Shown here piece after piece: positions 20,617 to 31,420 of a DNA stretch of 64,000 bases. Source of the stretch: an uncultured Acidobacteriaceae bacterium (lineage in GTDB: Bacteria; Acidobacteriota; Terriglobia; Terriglobales; Acidobacteriaceae); the NCBI GenBank assembly GCA_963836635.1, contig CAWILB010000074.1:9677-73676 (forward strand), in the 5' to 3' direction. The first letter of the stretch is position 1. Each line of letters starts with the position of its first letter. The notes under the pieces were generated by a model, which saw only the letters and a program-made list of their open reading frames with translations, was not told the DNA's origin and searched no databases. A program made the translations under genes and the position numbers.

Positions 20617-21583
20617 ATGTCATCTACACGTCGCACATTTCTTTCCGGGTTGGCGGGAGCAGGCGCGCTTACCGCCGCGCCGCAAGCGCTAAGTGCTCTC
20701 GCGAGTTGTCCCTTCCGGCTTTCGGTCATCAACGACGAAATCTCCGATGATTTCGAACACGCATGCAGTCGTGGCAGCAAACGATTTCGGACTGCAGTGG
20801 ATTGAGATTCGCGGCATGTGGGGGAAGAACATCGCCCATATGAGCGATGCCGACGTGGATCGCGCGCGCGAAATACTGGCCAAATACAAACTGCGCGTCA
20901 CCGATCTTGCCAGCCCCTTGTTCAAAGTGCACTGGCCGGGCGCGCCGCAATCGAAAGAGGGGCCGCGGCGCGACCAGTTTCATGCCGATTTCGATTTCAA
21001 GCAGCAGGACGAAGTGTTATCGCGCTGCATCGAGCTATGCAAGGCATTTCAAACCGATCGCATCCGTTGCTTTGACTTCTGGCGGCTTGAGAATCAGGCG
21101 CCTTACCGCGAGGCAATCAACGACAAGCTGCGCCATGCAGCCCGTGCCTGTGCAACGAACAACATTATCCTGCTGCTCGAAAATGAGATGGATTGCAACA
21201 CCGGCACCGGCAAAGAAGCGGCCGTAACGCTCAGCCAGGTTCAGGAACCGAACTTCATGCTCAACTGGGATCCCGGTAACTCCGCTACGTTCGCGGGTGA
21301 CACTCCGTACCCAGACGACTACAACCTGCTGCCAAAGAATCGCATTGGCCACTGCCACTGCAAAGACACGATTCGTAAACCCGGAGGCGGTTTTGAGTGG
21401 GCGCCCGTGGGTGGAGGAATCATCGATTGGGTCGGCCAGTTTCGCGCCTTCGAGCGCGATGGTTACCACTACGCTGTCAGTCTCGAAACGCACTGGCGCG
21501 GCGCCGGCACGCCCGAGGCCTCAAGCCGTGTGAGCATGAATGGCTTGAAGAGCTGTCTTGAGAAGGCCGGGGCGCGCTGCTGA
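20617..21583 (+). CDS. Tat-exported sugar phosphate isomerase/epimerase (TIM barrel), frameshift near 20770
   Basis: STRRTFL Tat motif, LLENE, NWDPGN, HCHCKD, SLETH. Confidence 0.8.
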
Positions 21584-21656
21584 AATGCATGGAAGACAAA
21601 CTCCGGGCTGCGCCAAGGCGCCCGGAGCTTGACCGTCGATATGTTGCAAACGAGTG

Positions 21657-22307
21657 TTAGTTTGCGCTCTTCTCGCCAAGCGCCAGCGACATGCGGCTGC
21701 CTGCCCGCAGCTTCATGTCGCTCTTGTCGGTTGCCACCAAGGTGCCCGAATTCACACCGCCGATTCTGCTGTGCAGATCGACGTGCGGCAGCACGCCGAT
21801 ATTGTCGTATTGCAATGAAGTCCCATTCCATGCAATCGGACTATCGAGACCCCCGCCGTTTTCAGCAAGGCTAGCCGGGTCTGAGAGTCCCACGATCGTG
21901 GCTTGAATCGGTATGGCTTTGCCGTCTTTCAGTTTTGCTTCGGTAAACCGCAATGCCAGGCGAGATGCGCCACTGCTGCTCATCTGATCGGTTTCTACCT
22001 GACCCACAAGCACTGTGCCGTTCGGCAATTCGGTTCCGTCTCTTAGATGAACAGACCCAACAAGCCGCGTTTCAAACGCCGAGCCTGACTGGTCCTTCCG
22101 GGCGTCAAGCGTTGTGATCAGGTTGGCCTCCGCGGGTGCCATTTGTTGAGCCGTCTCGGTCGTGCTTGCCGGCTGTGCATCGGGGTTTGCATTCGAGCTT
22201 ACATATGGCGTTTCTGGAGCCGTGTTCTGAGCTGCGCAGAATTGCGGTGCAAGACATACCAGAAATGCCGCTGTTAGCGAAAGTGACAAGCGATTTACAA
22301 GTTTCAT
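21657..22307 (-). CDS. Secreted hypothetical protein (paralog 1)
   Basis: Signal peptide and LDARKDQSG...LRDGTELPNGTVLVGQV...ALGEKSAN. Confidence 0.7.
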   Translation of the reverse strand: MKLVNRLSLSLTAAFLVCLAPQFCAAQNTAPETPYVSSNANPDAQPASTTETAQQMAPAEANLITTLDARKDQSGSAFETRLVGSVHLRDGTELPNGTVLVGQVETDQMSSSGASRLALRFTEAKLKDGKAIPIQATIVGLSDPASLAENGGGLDSPIAWNGTSLQYDNIGVLPHVDLHSRIGGVNSGTLVATDKSDMKLRAGSRMSLALGEKSAN

Positions 22308-22421
22308 CGAATTGATCCCCTGACCATGAGAATTCCTTACACCCCTGCTCGACATGTTGCTGAGGGGTAACCGTTATGCCTCCTTGGACGAGGATATTTC
22401 GACAGAGCACCGGAATGCGTT

Positions 22422-22435
22422 TGGAAACGATTTCA
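22422..22435. promoter_or_regulatory. LacI/GalR-type operator-like palindrome
   Basis: TGGAAACGATTTCA matches TGnAAnCGnTTnCA and lies about 115 bp upstream of the 22307 start. Confidence 0.35.
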
Positions 22436-22781
22436 TGAAATGGAAACTTGCTGCTGTGATTGGAGATTGCTCCGTGCAATCGCAGATTATCGCGCCGCGA
22501 ACTGGCGCGGACATCTAAGGACAACTTCCGTTGCATGCACCGTGTGTTGCGCCGGTGGTGCGTGCCAGTGATCCCTTGCACGAGTAGGAGAGCGACGCAG
22601 AGAAATCGTTCTCTGTGCGTTTATTCTTCCCCGGTCGTTACGCGGCCTGGTATCAACGACGTTATCAACGTAGTCGGCCCCGCACCTGACCAGCATCTAT
22701 CAATGCCGACAGATTCTCGGCCGACACACATTCACCTTACGAGAAAGCGCCCCGGCTCTTGGCGCCGGGGCCTCCTGAGTT

Positions 22782-23402
22782 TTAGTTTGCGGTCTTTTCG
22801 CCCAGTGCCAGTGAGATGCGGACGCCCGAGCTCACTTTGACGTTGCCCTTGCCTGAAGCAACCAGCGTGCCTGAATTATCACCGCCAATCGTGCTGTGCA
22901 AGTCGACATTGTCGAGCGCTCCGGTCAAGTCAATCTGCGTTGTGGTCCCGTTCCACGCAGCCGGACCGTCGGAAGTGGCGGAGGAATCGGTTCCAAGCGC
23001 CGGATCGGCGAGTCCGACAATCGTGGCCTGAATCGGCACGTCCTTTCCGCCCTTCAGCTTTGCATCGGTAAAGATCAACGACAGCTGCGAGGCCTTCGCG
23101 TCTTTGGATTCGGGAGTGGCAACCTTGCCCTCAAGCAAAGTGCCTGTTGGCAGCTCGGTTCCGTTCTTCAAATGAATGGTCGACTTGAGCCTGGCTTCGA
23201 AGGTCGCTCCAGGCTGGTCTTTGCGCGCGTCGAGACTCTTGATTAACATCACTTCGGCCGGCACTAATCCGGCGGTTGCGTGACTGTCCCCAGCCGCGGA
23301 ATCAGAATTTGCGCCGGGGCCTTGCGCCCCGCTCAGTTTTGCGCCGACCAGAATGAAGCATGCGCATGAAAAGACAAGGATCAAGCTCTTTCGATTCGTC
23401 AT
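22782..23402 (-). CDS. Secreted hypothetical protein (paralog 2)
   Basis: LDARKDQPG...LKNGTELPTGTLLEGKV...ALGEKTAN, clearly homologous to 21657-22307. Confidence 0.7.
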   Translation of the reverse strand: MTNRKSLILVFSCACFILVGAKLSGAQGPGANSDSAAGDSHATAGLVPAEVMLIKSLDARKDQPGATFEARLKSTIHLKNGTELPTGTLLEGKVATPESKDAKASQLSLIFTDAKLKGGKDVPIQATIVGLADPALGTDSSATSDGPAAWNGTTTQIDLTGALDNVDLHSTIGGDNSGTLVASGKGNVKVSSGVRISLALGEKTAN

Positions 23403-23780
23403 ATCGATGGTCTCCTGAAATGAATTGGGTGTGGTCTCCAACTTTGCATGAAGCTGGAGGTGAATTGATCGATCTGTTGTGTGAGACGAAAAACTGCATG
23501 TGGGTGTTAGCCAGCGATTCTCACAATTGCTTGTTTATGCGCTGAGGAGAGGGATTGTTGCGGCGATCTGAGGCTTTTCGAGGTCTGATTCAGGTTTGGA
23601 AGGCGGAGCTGCCGCGAAAAGGCGGCCTTTCCTGTCCTTTTTCGAAGTCACTTAACTTGTCAGATACAAGACACCGGAGAAATAGGGGTTAGCGCTCGTT
23701 CGGACGGCAGGAGATTCTTATATCGTGGAATCGGCTGAATCTGAAATGCGGAAACGAATCTTATCGTTCGACGTCCAATG

Positions 23781-25058
23781 TCACGTGTTGCTGTGCCTAT
23801 AGAGATCTTCAAGCGCATCGCATGCAGTCTTCGGGCCGTTCTCGTTTGCGATTTCAAGAGCGGCTTCGTGCGCTTGTTCTTCGTATTCCGGTTCTGCCAG
23901 CATGGTGCGCACTACTCTAGCCACGCGCTTCGCCGTGTAATGCGAGCGCAAAAGGGAGCGCGCGACTCCCAGCCGTTTCATGCGCCGCGCGTTGTCGGGC
24001 TGATCGTGCGAGTAGGGCATTATCAGCATGGGCCGTCCGGCGCGCAGGCACTGGGCGGTTGTACCAACTCCGCCCTGGTGCACAACCATCTCAACGTGAG
24101 GGAAGAGCACGGAGTAAGGCGCATACTGCGCCACGCAAATCGAGTCGGGCAGCGGCTGTACCGGGCGGTTACGCGCGTCGTCGCCGATAAGCAGCACCGC
24201 GCGAGTGTCGAGGCGTTTGGCAGCCTGGGCAGAGATTTCGTAGAAATCGCCAGCCGCAAGCACCGCAGCCGAGCCTAGCGTGAACACAACTGGAGGCTCG
24301 CCGGCTTTCAGGAATCGCTCCAGCTCTGGCTCGAGCGCAGCGTTGCCGGCATTCGCGTCGTAAAAACAGAAGCCGGTTATAAGCGTGTTTTCCGGCCAGT
24401 CCTTCTTCTCCACACCCAGCGTACGGGAGAAAAGCGCCAGCACCAGGTGCGGCGAATGCTTGGCGTCGAAGATAGGGTTCGGGCCTTTGCTGAGTCCCAG
24501 CTCGTGGCGCAACTCATAGATCGGCTCAGGCCACTTGCGCGTGATAAATCGCGCCAGCCGCCGCATTGCCCGGCCCATGCCCGGTGCTTTGTCTGCCCTC
24601 GCCAGCCTGGGATACGGCGGCAGCACCGGCGGATCGAAGGCTGAGAAAAATGAGAACGGCGCCAGTACATAACTGGCCCAGGGAATCCCGGTGGCCTCAG
24701 CAACGATTGGTCCCGCGTAGTTGAGCTCGCCCAGCAGCATCAGATCGGCGCGCGCGGGCTTGGTGGCCGCGTCAAGCAGGTCGGCGTAGGTATCGCGCAG
24801 CACCGGATAAAGAAATTTGCGCAACCCCGTCTCGGTTCCCTTGTTCACGTCGTAGATCATTTCCACGAGCATGGTGTTCTTGGGATCGATATCAGGCCTG
24901 AGCGAGTGGAATTCCAGGCCGAGCGGCTCAATCCTTGCCCGGTACACATCGGGAAGTGTCATTACCGGCGTATGGCCGCGGCGCTTCAGCTCAAGCGCAA
25001 TCGCAATCAACGGGTTAATGTCGCCCAAGGTGCCAATGTTAGACAGAACGATGCGCAA
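23781..25058 (-). CDS. GT1-family (UDP-sugar) glycosyltransferase; start uncertain
   Basis: GTLGDINP, VVFTLGS, VHQGGVGTT, PYSHDQPDNA. Confidence 0.88.
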   Translation of the reverse strand: MRIVLSNIGTLGDINPLIAIALELKRRGHTPVMTLPDVYRARIEPLGLEFHSLRPDIDPKNTMLVEMIYDVNKGTETGLRKFLYPVLRDTYADLLDAATKPARADLMLLGELNYAGPIVAEATGIPWASYVLAPFSFFSAFDPPVLPPYPRLARADKAPGMGRAMRRLARFITRKWPEPIYELRHELGLSKGPNPIFDAKHSPHLVLALFSRTLGVEKKDWPENTLITGFCFYDANAGNAALEPELERFLKAGEPPVVFTLGSAAVLAAGDFYEISAQAAKRLDTRAVLLIGDDARNRPVQPLPDSICVAQYAPYSVLFPHVEMVVHQGGVGTTAQCLRAGRPMLIMPYSHDQPDNARRMKRLGVARSLLRSHYTAKRVARVVRTMLAEPEYEEQAHEAALEIANENGPKTACDALEDLYRHSNT

Positions 25059-25164
25059 AGTTCTTCCCCTGTGCGGCAACCGCCCGCTCATATGAGGGTA
25101 ATGCATCGATCTCAGGCGCCCGGGCGATATCGGCGATAAAATCAACGCAAGGTTCCGTGCCGGA

Positions 25165-25272
25165 ATGAAGCTCATCCTCGCCATTGTTGTCATCGTTATA
25201 ATCGCCGGCTCCTTCTACGCTGACTACAGATGGCGCAAGTGGATCGCAGCGCGCCGCCGCGAGCGCGAGTAG
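25165..25272 (+). CDS. Small 35-aa membrane protein (not in the ORF track)
   Basis: MKLILAIVVIVIIAGSFYADYRWRKWIAARRRERE*: a single TM helix plus a basic tail. Confidence 0.6.
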   Translation: MKLILAIVVIVIIAGSFYADYRWRKWIAARRRERE

Positions 25273-25390
25273 ACGACGGCTGCTGAGGGGTGTTTTCGCT
25301 GCAAACCCACAATGCCAGTCTGCGGGCACCCGATTGCGCCGGGGCTCGATTTATGCCTTTACAATGGCTTCAGGGAGTCGTAAATCCGCC

Positions 25391-26062
25391 ATGCACAGTG
25401 TCTTTACCTTTTCAGGCAGAAAACAACTCGCACGCCCAGGTCTTCTTTCTGTTGTCTTTTCCGCGGCCCTTCTTGCTGTCGCCGTCCCCGCCTGCGCGCA
25501 GTTCGGCGCCCCGGCCACTACCAAAGTCAACGATCCCGCGGCACTCAAGCCTCCTCCGGGCGCTCATGTAGCGATCGTCGAGTTTGAAGACCTCGAGTGC
25601 CCCGATTGCGCTCGCGCAAATCCATTGCTGATGGAAGCTGCGGACAAATACAAAATTCCCTGGGTCAGGCACGATTTCCCGCTGCCTTTCCACACCTGGA
25701 GCTTTCAGGCAGCCGTAAATGCGCGCTTTTTCGATACAAAGAGCAAGCGCATGGGCGACGATTACCGCAATTTCATTTTTGCCAGCCAGCCGCAAATAGA
25801 AACTCTCCCGGACCTAGCCAGGTTCACCCAGCAATTTGCCGATGCGCATAAAATCGCAATGCCCTTTGCTTTGGATCCAATGGGCAAGCTTGCCTCCGGG
25901 GTCAAGGCCGACTATGCGCTTGGCCAGAGGATCGGCATTGAACATACACCCACAATATGGGTGGTTACCGATGCCTCCCACGGCGCGCCCTTTGTCGAAG
26001 TCGTAGACCGCACCAAGCTATTCCAGATGCTCGATGCCGCGCTGGCCGAAACGCGCCACTGA
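25391..26062 (+). CDS. DsbA-family thioredoxin-fold protein
   Basis: EFEDLECPDC, HDFPL, IEHTPT, and a signal peptide. Confidence 0.85.
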   Translation: MHSVFTFSGRKQLARPGLLSVVFSAALLAVAVPACAQFGAPATTKVNDPAALKPPPGAHVAIVEFEDLECPDCARANPLLMEAADKYKIPWVRHDFPLPFHTWSFQAAVNARFFDTKSKRMGDDYRNFIFASQPQIETLPDLARFTQQFADAHKIAMPFALDPMGKLASGVKADYALGQRIGIEHTPTIWVVTDASHGAPFVEVVDRTKLFQMLDAALAETRH

Positions 26063-26141
26063 TCCCGATCCGACGCTGGTCCAAGGCTGCTTTTTGGGAT
26101 CCAGTGAAAAACTCAACCAGGCAGGAACGCGTCTAACAAAC

Positions 26142-26837
26142 ATGTCCGATTCGATGCCCTCAATTCCCCTGAGCCGCACCGGCGCCACTCGCTACCTTGT
26201 TCTGTCGGCGCTCATCTGTGCCGCGCCACTTGTTGCCTTTGGCCAATTCGGGCCACCAGCGGCCACCAATGTGCTTGACGCTTCTCCGCTCAAGCCGCCG
26301 CCCGGCGTCCGCGTCGCCATTTTCGAATTCGCCGATCTTGAGTGCCCCGCCTGCGCCCACGCCAATCCATTGCTCAAGCAAGCGGCCGCGCAATACAAGA
26401 TTCCCTGGCTGCGTCACGATTTTCTGATTCCGGGGCACGTCTGGTCGCCGCAGGCCGCCCTCAACGCGCGCTGGTTCGACACCAAAGGCAAGTGGCTGGG
26501 CGATGCGTACCGCGACCAGGTTTTCGCCAACCAGCAGTCCATCGAGACGCGCGCCGACCTGGACCGTTTTACTGAGAAATTCACGCAAGCCTACAAAACC
26601 AGCCTGCCCTTCGCGATTGACCCGCAAGGCAAACTGGTGGCCGAGATCGAGGCCGACGTCGCCCTGGGCAAACGCGTCGGCATCACAAAAACACCCACCA
26701 TCTTTATCGTCTATGAAAGCGCGAACGGTCCTCGTTATCTTGAGTCGCGCGATCCCGATCACGATCTCTACCAGACAATCGACCAGGCAATTGCGGCTGC
26801 GCGTCCGGCAACGCCGGAAAAGACCGCGCACAAGTAG
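26142..26837 (+). CDS. DsbA-family thioredoxin-fold protein (tandem paralog)
   Basis: EFADLECPAC, HDF, ITKTPT. Confidence 0.85.
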   Translation: MSDSMPSIPLSRTGATRYLVLSALICAAPLVAFGQFGPPAATNVLDASPLKPPPGVRVAIFEFADLECPACAHANPLLKQAAAQYKIPWLRHDFLIPGHVWSPQAALNARWFDTKGKWLGDAYRDQVFANQQSIETRADLDRFTEKFTQAYKTSLPFAIDPQGKLVAEIEADVALGKRVGITKTPTIFIVYESANGPRYLESRDPDHDLYQTIDQAIAAARPATPEKTAHK

Positions 26838-26847
26838 CGCAGCGCGG

Positions 26848-29531
26848 CTACCTCGCCGTGCAGTTGAAGTCCGGCGTTAGAGCCGTTCCATTCAACAGGA
26901 AGCATGAGGCGCCGTTCATATCGGTGCGCAGGGTGCGAATGTGCGCGGCCTGCAGCTCTTCAAGCACCTCTTGCCGCGGATGCCCGTAACGATTGCGCAG
27001 CCCGCAGGAAATCACAGCCCATTGCGGCGCCACTCGACTAAGAAACTCCGGACGAGTTGAAGTAATGCTGCCATGGTGGCCCACCTTGAGCAGCGTGCTG
27101 GCGAGATCGGGCTCGGCAAGCATACCATGCTCAACGGGCGCTTCCGCATCGCCCTCAAGCATCACTGATGTTGAGCGGTAAGCTACGTGCAGCACCAGCG
27201 AGTCGTTGTTGGTGGGCAATGGGCCGGGCTGGTAATCGGGGAAGGGCGCAAGCACTTCGATTCTGGTTGATCCAAAGTTGAAGACCTCTCCCGAGTGAAA
27301 ACTGCAGTACGCGCGTATGAAGGCTCGCAGCTTCGTCGAGAACGCGTTGTAGTCGCGAAACGGCGGATTTTTTCCGACCCACAACTCATCGGGGTGAAAG
27401 TTGCGCAAAACTGCGGGCAGCCCGCCCATGTGATCGGAGTGCGCGTGGCTGAGCGCGACCGCATCAAGATGACGAATGCCGCGCGCCCACAATGCCGGCG
27501 ACACTACTTCTTCGCCGATATCGAAGTCCGGCGCGGCCTGGCGCGGGCCGCCTCCAAAGCCTCCGCCATCCACAAGCAAGGTCTTGCCCTCGGGCGTAAT
27601 CAGCAGAATAGAGTCGCCCTGGCCCACGTCGATGGCTTCAACCAGTAGTGCATTGTGCGGGATGATCGACAGCGCGCGGGACCACGGCTACCAGCGCCGC
27701 AAGCAGCATTGCGGCCCATGCAAGTCGGCGATGCCATCGCGCTGCCGCGGGCAAACAGAATGGCCGCGGCTAAGCAGCAAACAGAACGCCGCAGTTTGCC
27801 ATGCAAGCGGCGTTGCAATGCGAAAGTCGCCAAACCGCAACCCGCCGAAAAGACGAACCAGGCCCTACGCCAAGATGAAGCACAAGCGCAACGACCATGG
27901 CGGGGATGGTTGCGGCCGCAGGCCAAACCGCCAGCAACAGAAGCGTCACCAGCGCAGCGGGCATCAGTACTGCCAGCAGCGGCAGAATGACGATGTTGAC
28001 CGGCAGAGCAAAAATCGTGATGCGGTGGAAGTCAATCGCCATGGGCAGCGCCATAGCCAGCTCCACGATGCATGAAACTACAATGAGCTCCATGACGCGG
28101 ATGCAGAATCGCACAGCCCAGGGAATAACGCGCCTGTGTGATAAGCGGGCTGGCCGCCGGGCACAGGTGTCGCACATAACGCAGCATGTGGCGCAGATGG
28201 GCCACCTTGGGCGCCAGCTTCACGTCGACGGCTGTAATTTCGAGATTTCGGGTCGCTTCAATATATGGATGGATCGTGTTTTGAAGCAGAGGCGCGGCGA
28301 CGCCCGCAATCACCACGACCGCAAGCAGCGTCATCTGAAAGCTTGAATCGAAGAGGCTGCGAGGACTGGCCGCAAGCAGGCACAGCGCCGCGAATCCAAC
28401 GGTGTTCAGCGGGCTCTTCTCGCGGTACACGAGCCGCCCCAGCAGATACAGAGTCACCATCAGCAGCGAGCGCTGTACCGGCGTTGCGAATCCGGTAAAA
28501 AGCGCGTAGGCCAGAGATGCGGCAATGGTAAGCAATGTTGCGGGAACGCGCGGCAACCGCAGCCGGCGCGCAATATACGCGATGCATCCGGCAACAATCA
28601 CCAAATGGAATCCCGACACAACCAGCATGTGGAACGAGCCGGTGCGCTCGAAGCCGACACGAAGATTGTGGGTCAGGTAGGTGCGGTCTCCGGCCACCAT
28701 CGCGGCCAGCATGATTGCGTCGTCCTCTGAGAGGCGCAGCGGCGCAGGCAGCGAACGCATGGCCGCAGGCAAGGCGAGCAGCCTGGCTGTTGTCGCGTGT
28801 TGCCAACCTGTAGTGCGGCAGGCCAGCGACGCGAGCAGCGGCAAACGCGCGGCGCCGAGCCGGGCGATGCGATCCGTCCGAACCGATGCGGTTGAAGTGA
28901 TTCCCTGGTCGATCAGAAAATCCGCGCGGCTCCAAACGCCGGGATCGCGATAGACCTCGGGCGGCAAGAGCCTCACATCGGCGCGGATGCGTTCTCCGCA
29001 GCGGAAAGGCTCAAGGGGTCGAACAGTATCATCCGAACGCCAGCGCACCGTAAGCCGCACCGCGCCGCTCATCGCAACCTGGCGGTCTTCAGCATCGTTT
29101 ACGAACTCGATGGAGGAAACACTCAGGTCGACGCGTTGCGCGGGCGACTGAATCGAAGGCTCGTCATCATTCGGTTCGAGCTCGCTGCGCACTGGCCCCG
29201 TGTCGATCACCGTGCCCTCTACGGTGCGCAGCAGATTGTCAGACAGCGTAGCCAGAGCCGGCGCAGGCGCGGGTTGGGGCTGCATCAGCGCGCACCAGGC
29301 GCCAAGCAAAACCCACAATATCGCCAGCGGCGCCCACGTGCAGCGCGGCGCGCGGAGCGTTGCAAGCGCGCTCAGCGCGGCCAGCAGCACAATCGCGATG
29401 AGAACCAGGCTCGGCCTCAGCCACAGATGGCTCGCGACGACGACTCCGCAGGCGAACAGCCACGCAGCATGAAAGAGCGGAACGGCGCTAAGGCCGGCGC
29501 CGGTGTGCCCCGTGGTGTGGTCCAGTTGCAT
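26848..29531 (-). CDS. comEC: DNA internalization competence protein ComEC/Rec2 (several frameshifts)
   Basis: Competence domain FERTGSFHMLVVSGFH with multiple TMs. C-terminal MBL domain DVGQGD, SHAHSDHMGG, KVGHHGS, NRYGHP. Confidence 0.9.
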
Positions 29532-29793
29532 CTCGGTTCTAATGATTTGTTGTGCTTAAGGGTAACAGGAGGTGAGGTCGTCGCGCATTGCCAGCCGATC
29601 CCGCGCACCCATGCCGCACTAATGCTCTCCTCGGACGATGTACGCTTCCCTGGGCATTGATAATCGCGGCGCACACCACCCCACATCCAGCCCATCGCCA
29701 GTTGCCATCGACGTTCAGGGTGATTATGGTTTAAATGGCTACTTTCCTGGCTTCTCCCCATTTGCTGCGTAACAAACTCACGAGGCACAACCC

Positions 29794-30681
29794 ATGGCAG
29801 ACTCTGACAAAGAATCGGCGCTTGAGTCGCTGCTCGGCGACCGCTACACGCGCGAGGCGCGGCTTGCGCCAGCGTTCCTGAGTTTCTTTCCCATTCTCCT
29901 GCTGTTATTGAACTGGTTTGGCAATCTGAACGGAGTCATCACAGACATTCTCACGCTGCTCGGCATCTTCGGCGTCGTGCGGTGGATCTCGCACATCTCC
30001 CGCGGCATCGGCGACCGCAAGGAGGTTGTTCTGTTTGCCAGGTGGCGCGGCAAGCCAAGCACCACCATGCTGCGCCGCGCGCGCGGCTTTACACCCCTGC
30101 TGAAACACGAAGACGATCGCCAGATCGCGCATATCCTGCTTGAAGCGCTTCCGGGGGATGAAATCGAGCATGAGATCGAGAGGCGGAACGGTGTCCGCCT
30201 GCCCGCGCAGAATGACGACGACGCAATCGTCAATAACGCTGACCTGAGTGGGGAGCAAAAGGCCGCGCGGCTCGACAGACTCTATGAACCGGTGGTCACG
30301 TGGCTGCGTGAAAGCACGCGCATGGTCAAGCTGGTAGCCGAGGAAGAAATCTCCTACGGATTCCAGCGCAATTTCTTCGCTCTTCGCGAATTCGCGCTGT
30401 TCTCAGGCGCGATTGCACTCGTCGGCCAGGCCCTGGTGATTTACGCGGGCTGGTCGCAGGAATCTGCTCCTGGCTTGCCCCACGTCTCGCCGCTCAACAT
30501 AGTTATCTTCCTCGCGATCGTGGCCTACATGGCCGGAGTGGCCAGGTTTGTCTCTGAAGACAGCGTGAAGGTGCAGGGCTTCGACTACGCGCGGCAACTC
30601 ATCAGCTCAGTGTTTTCGATTCCCCTGCCGGATGCCATGGCAAAAGAAAGCGGCTCCGGCGGGGATGGGGAGCCCGCGTAA
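29794..30681 (+). CDS. Hypothetical membrane protein (about 4 TM)
   Basis: Two N-terminal TMs, a soluble middle region (KPSTTMLR), SYGFQRNF, and two C-terminal TMs. Confidence 0.65.
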   Translation: MADSDKESALESLLGDRYTREARLAPAFLSFFPILLLLLNWFGNLNGVITDILTLLGIFGVVRWISHISRGIGDRKEVVLFARWRGKPSTTMLRRARGFTPLLKHEDDRQIAHILLEALPGDEIEHEIERRNGVRLPAQNDDDAIVNNADLSGEQKAARLDRLYEPVVTWLRESTRMVKLVAEEEISYGFQRNFFALREFALFSGAIALVGQALVIYAGWSQESAPGLPHVSPLNIVIFLAIVAYMAGVARFVSEDSVKVQGFDYARQLISSVFSIPLPDAMAKESGSGGDGEPA

Positions 30682-30919
30682 GAGTGGGCGCTATCCACTC
30701 CATGCTCTCGGAAACGAAATCCGTGGAACCCTCATCGTGTTGTTCAACCGCCATGTCATTCAAGACCCCGGCCACACGCCGCCGGACCAAATCGAGCGGA
30801 TGAATTATCACGATCAATCAGAACGAGCTCACCACGGTCGCTACCCTCTTGAGAATGTTGGTGGGCGCTTTCGAACCCAAGCCTACCGTGGCGTATACTC
30901 AAGGCCAGCGAGTGAATCA

Positions 30920-31408
30920 GTGCCCCAGAATTCCAGCAAGCCCCGGCTAGATCTCAATGCATGCGCGGCTCGAGTCCTTGCGTGGATTGGTCGCTTTCTC
31001 TTGATATTGACCGCCATTTCGTTACTCACTATGCCGGTAACGCAGCACCTCTGGACATGGGACCATTTTCTGCGCGGCGGACAGGATTTTGAGCTGAGCA
31101 CACTCTTCGTGCTCTCGATCCTCTGCCTTGTGCTGGTACTCTCGGAACACGGCAAGCAGAGTGTCGATTCGCTATTCGCAATTTGGCGTATTGTCGCGTT
31201 CATCTTCAATCACCGCCGGTTGGTAAGAACGCCCATGCGCGAAGCATTTTTGATCCGGCTTGCAGAGCGCATTCCCAGACCTCGATCTAGCGATCCACAA
31301 CCTTCCCCTTCAGATTTGATCCGTCCCCTCTCCGGGCACTCGTCGTGGACCTCTTCTACCGAGCCGTCCGCGAACCGTTCCATTCCCGCCAAGCCTTACG
31401 AAGTCTGA
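30920..31408 (+). CDS. Hypothetical small membrane protein upstream of the radical SAM gene
   Basis: Two hydrophobic helices flanking QHLWTWDHFLRGGQDFE. The 3' end is uncertain. Confidence 0.45.
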   Translation: MPQNSSKPRLDLNACAARVLAWIGRFLLILTAISLLTMPVTQHLWTWDHFLRGGQDFELSTLFVLSILCLVLVLSEHGKQSVDSLFAIWRIVAFIFNHRRLVRTPMREAFLIRLAERIPRPRSSDPQPSPSDLIRPLSGHSSWTSSTEPSANRSIPAKPYEV

Positions 31409-31420
31409 TGCGGAGAGGTC

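Noticed and set aside
29718-29740. dif-like XerD arm (ttatggtttaaat)
   Set aside because: Imperfect match to TTATGTTAAAT and no XerC arm at the proper spacing.
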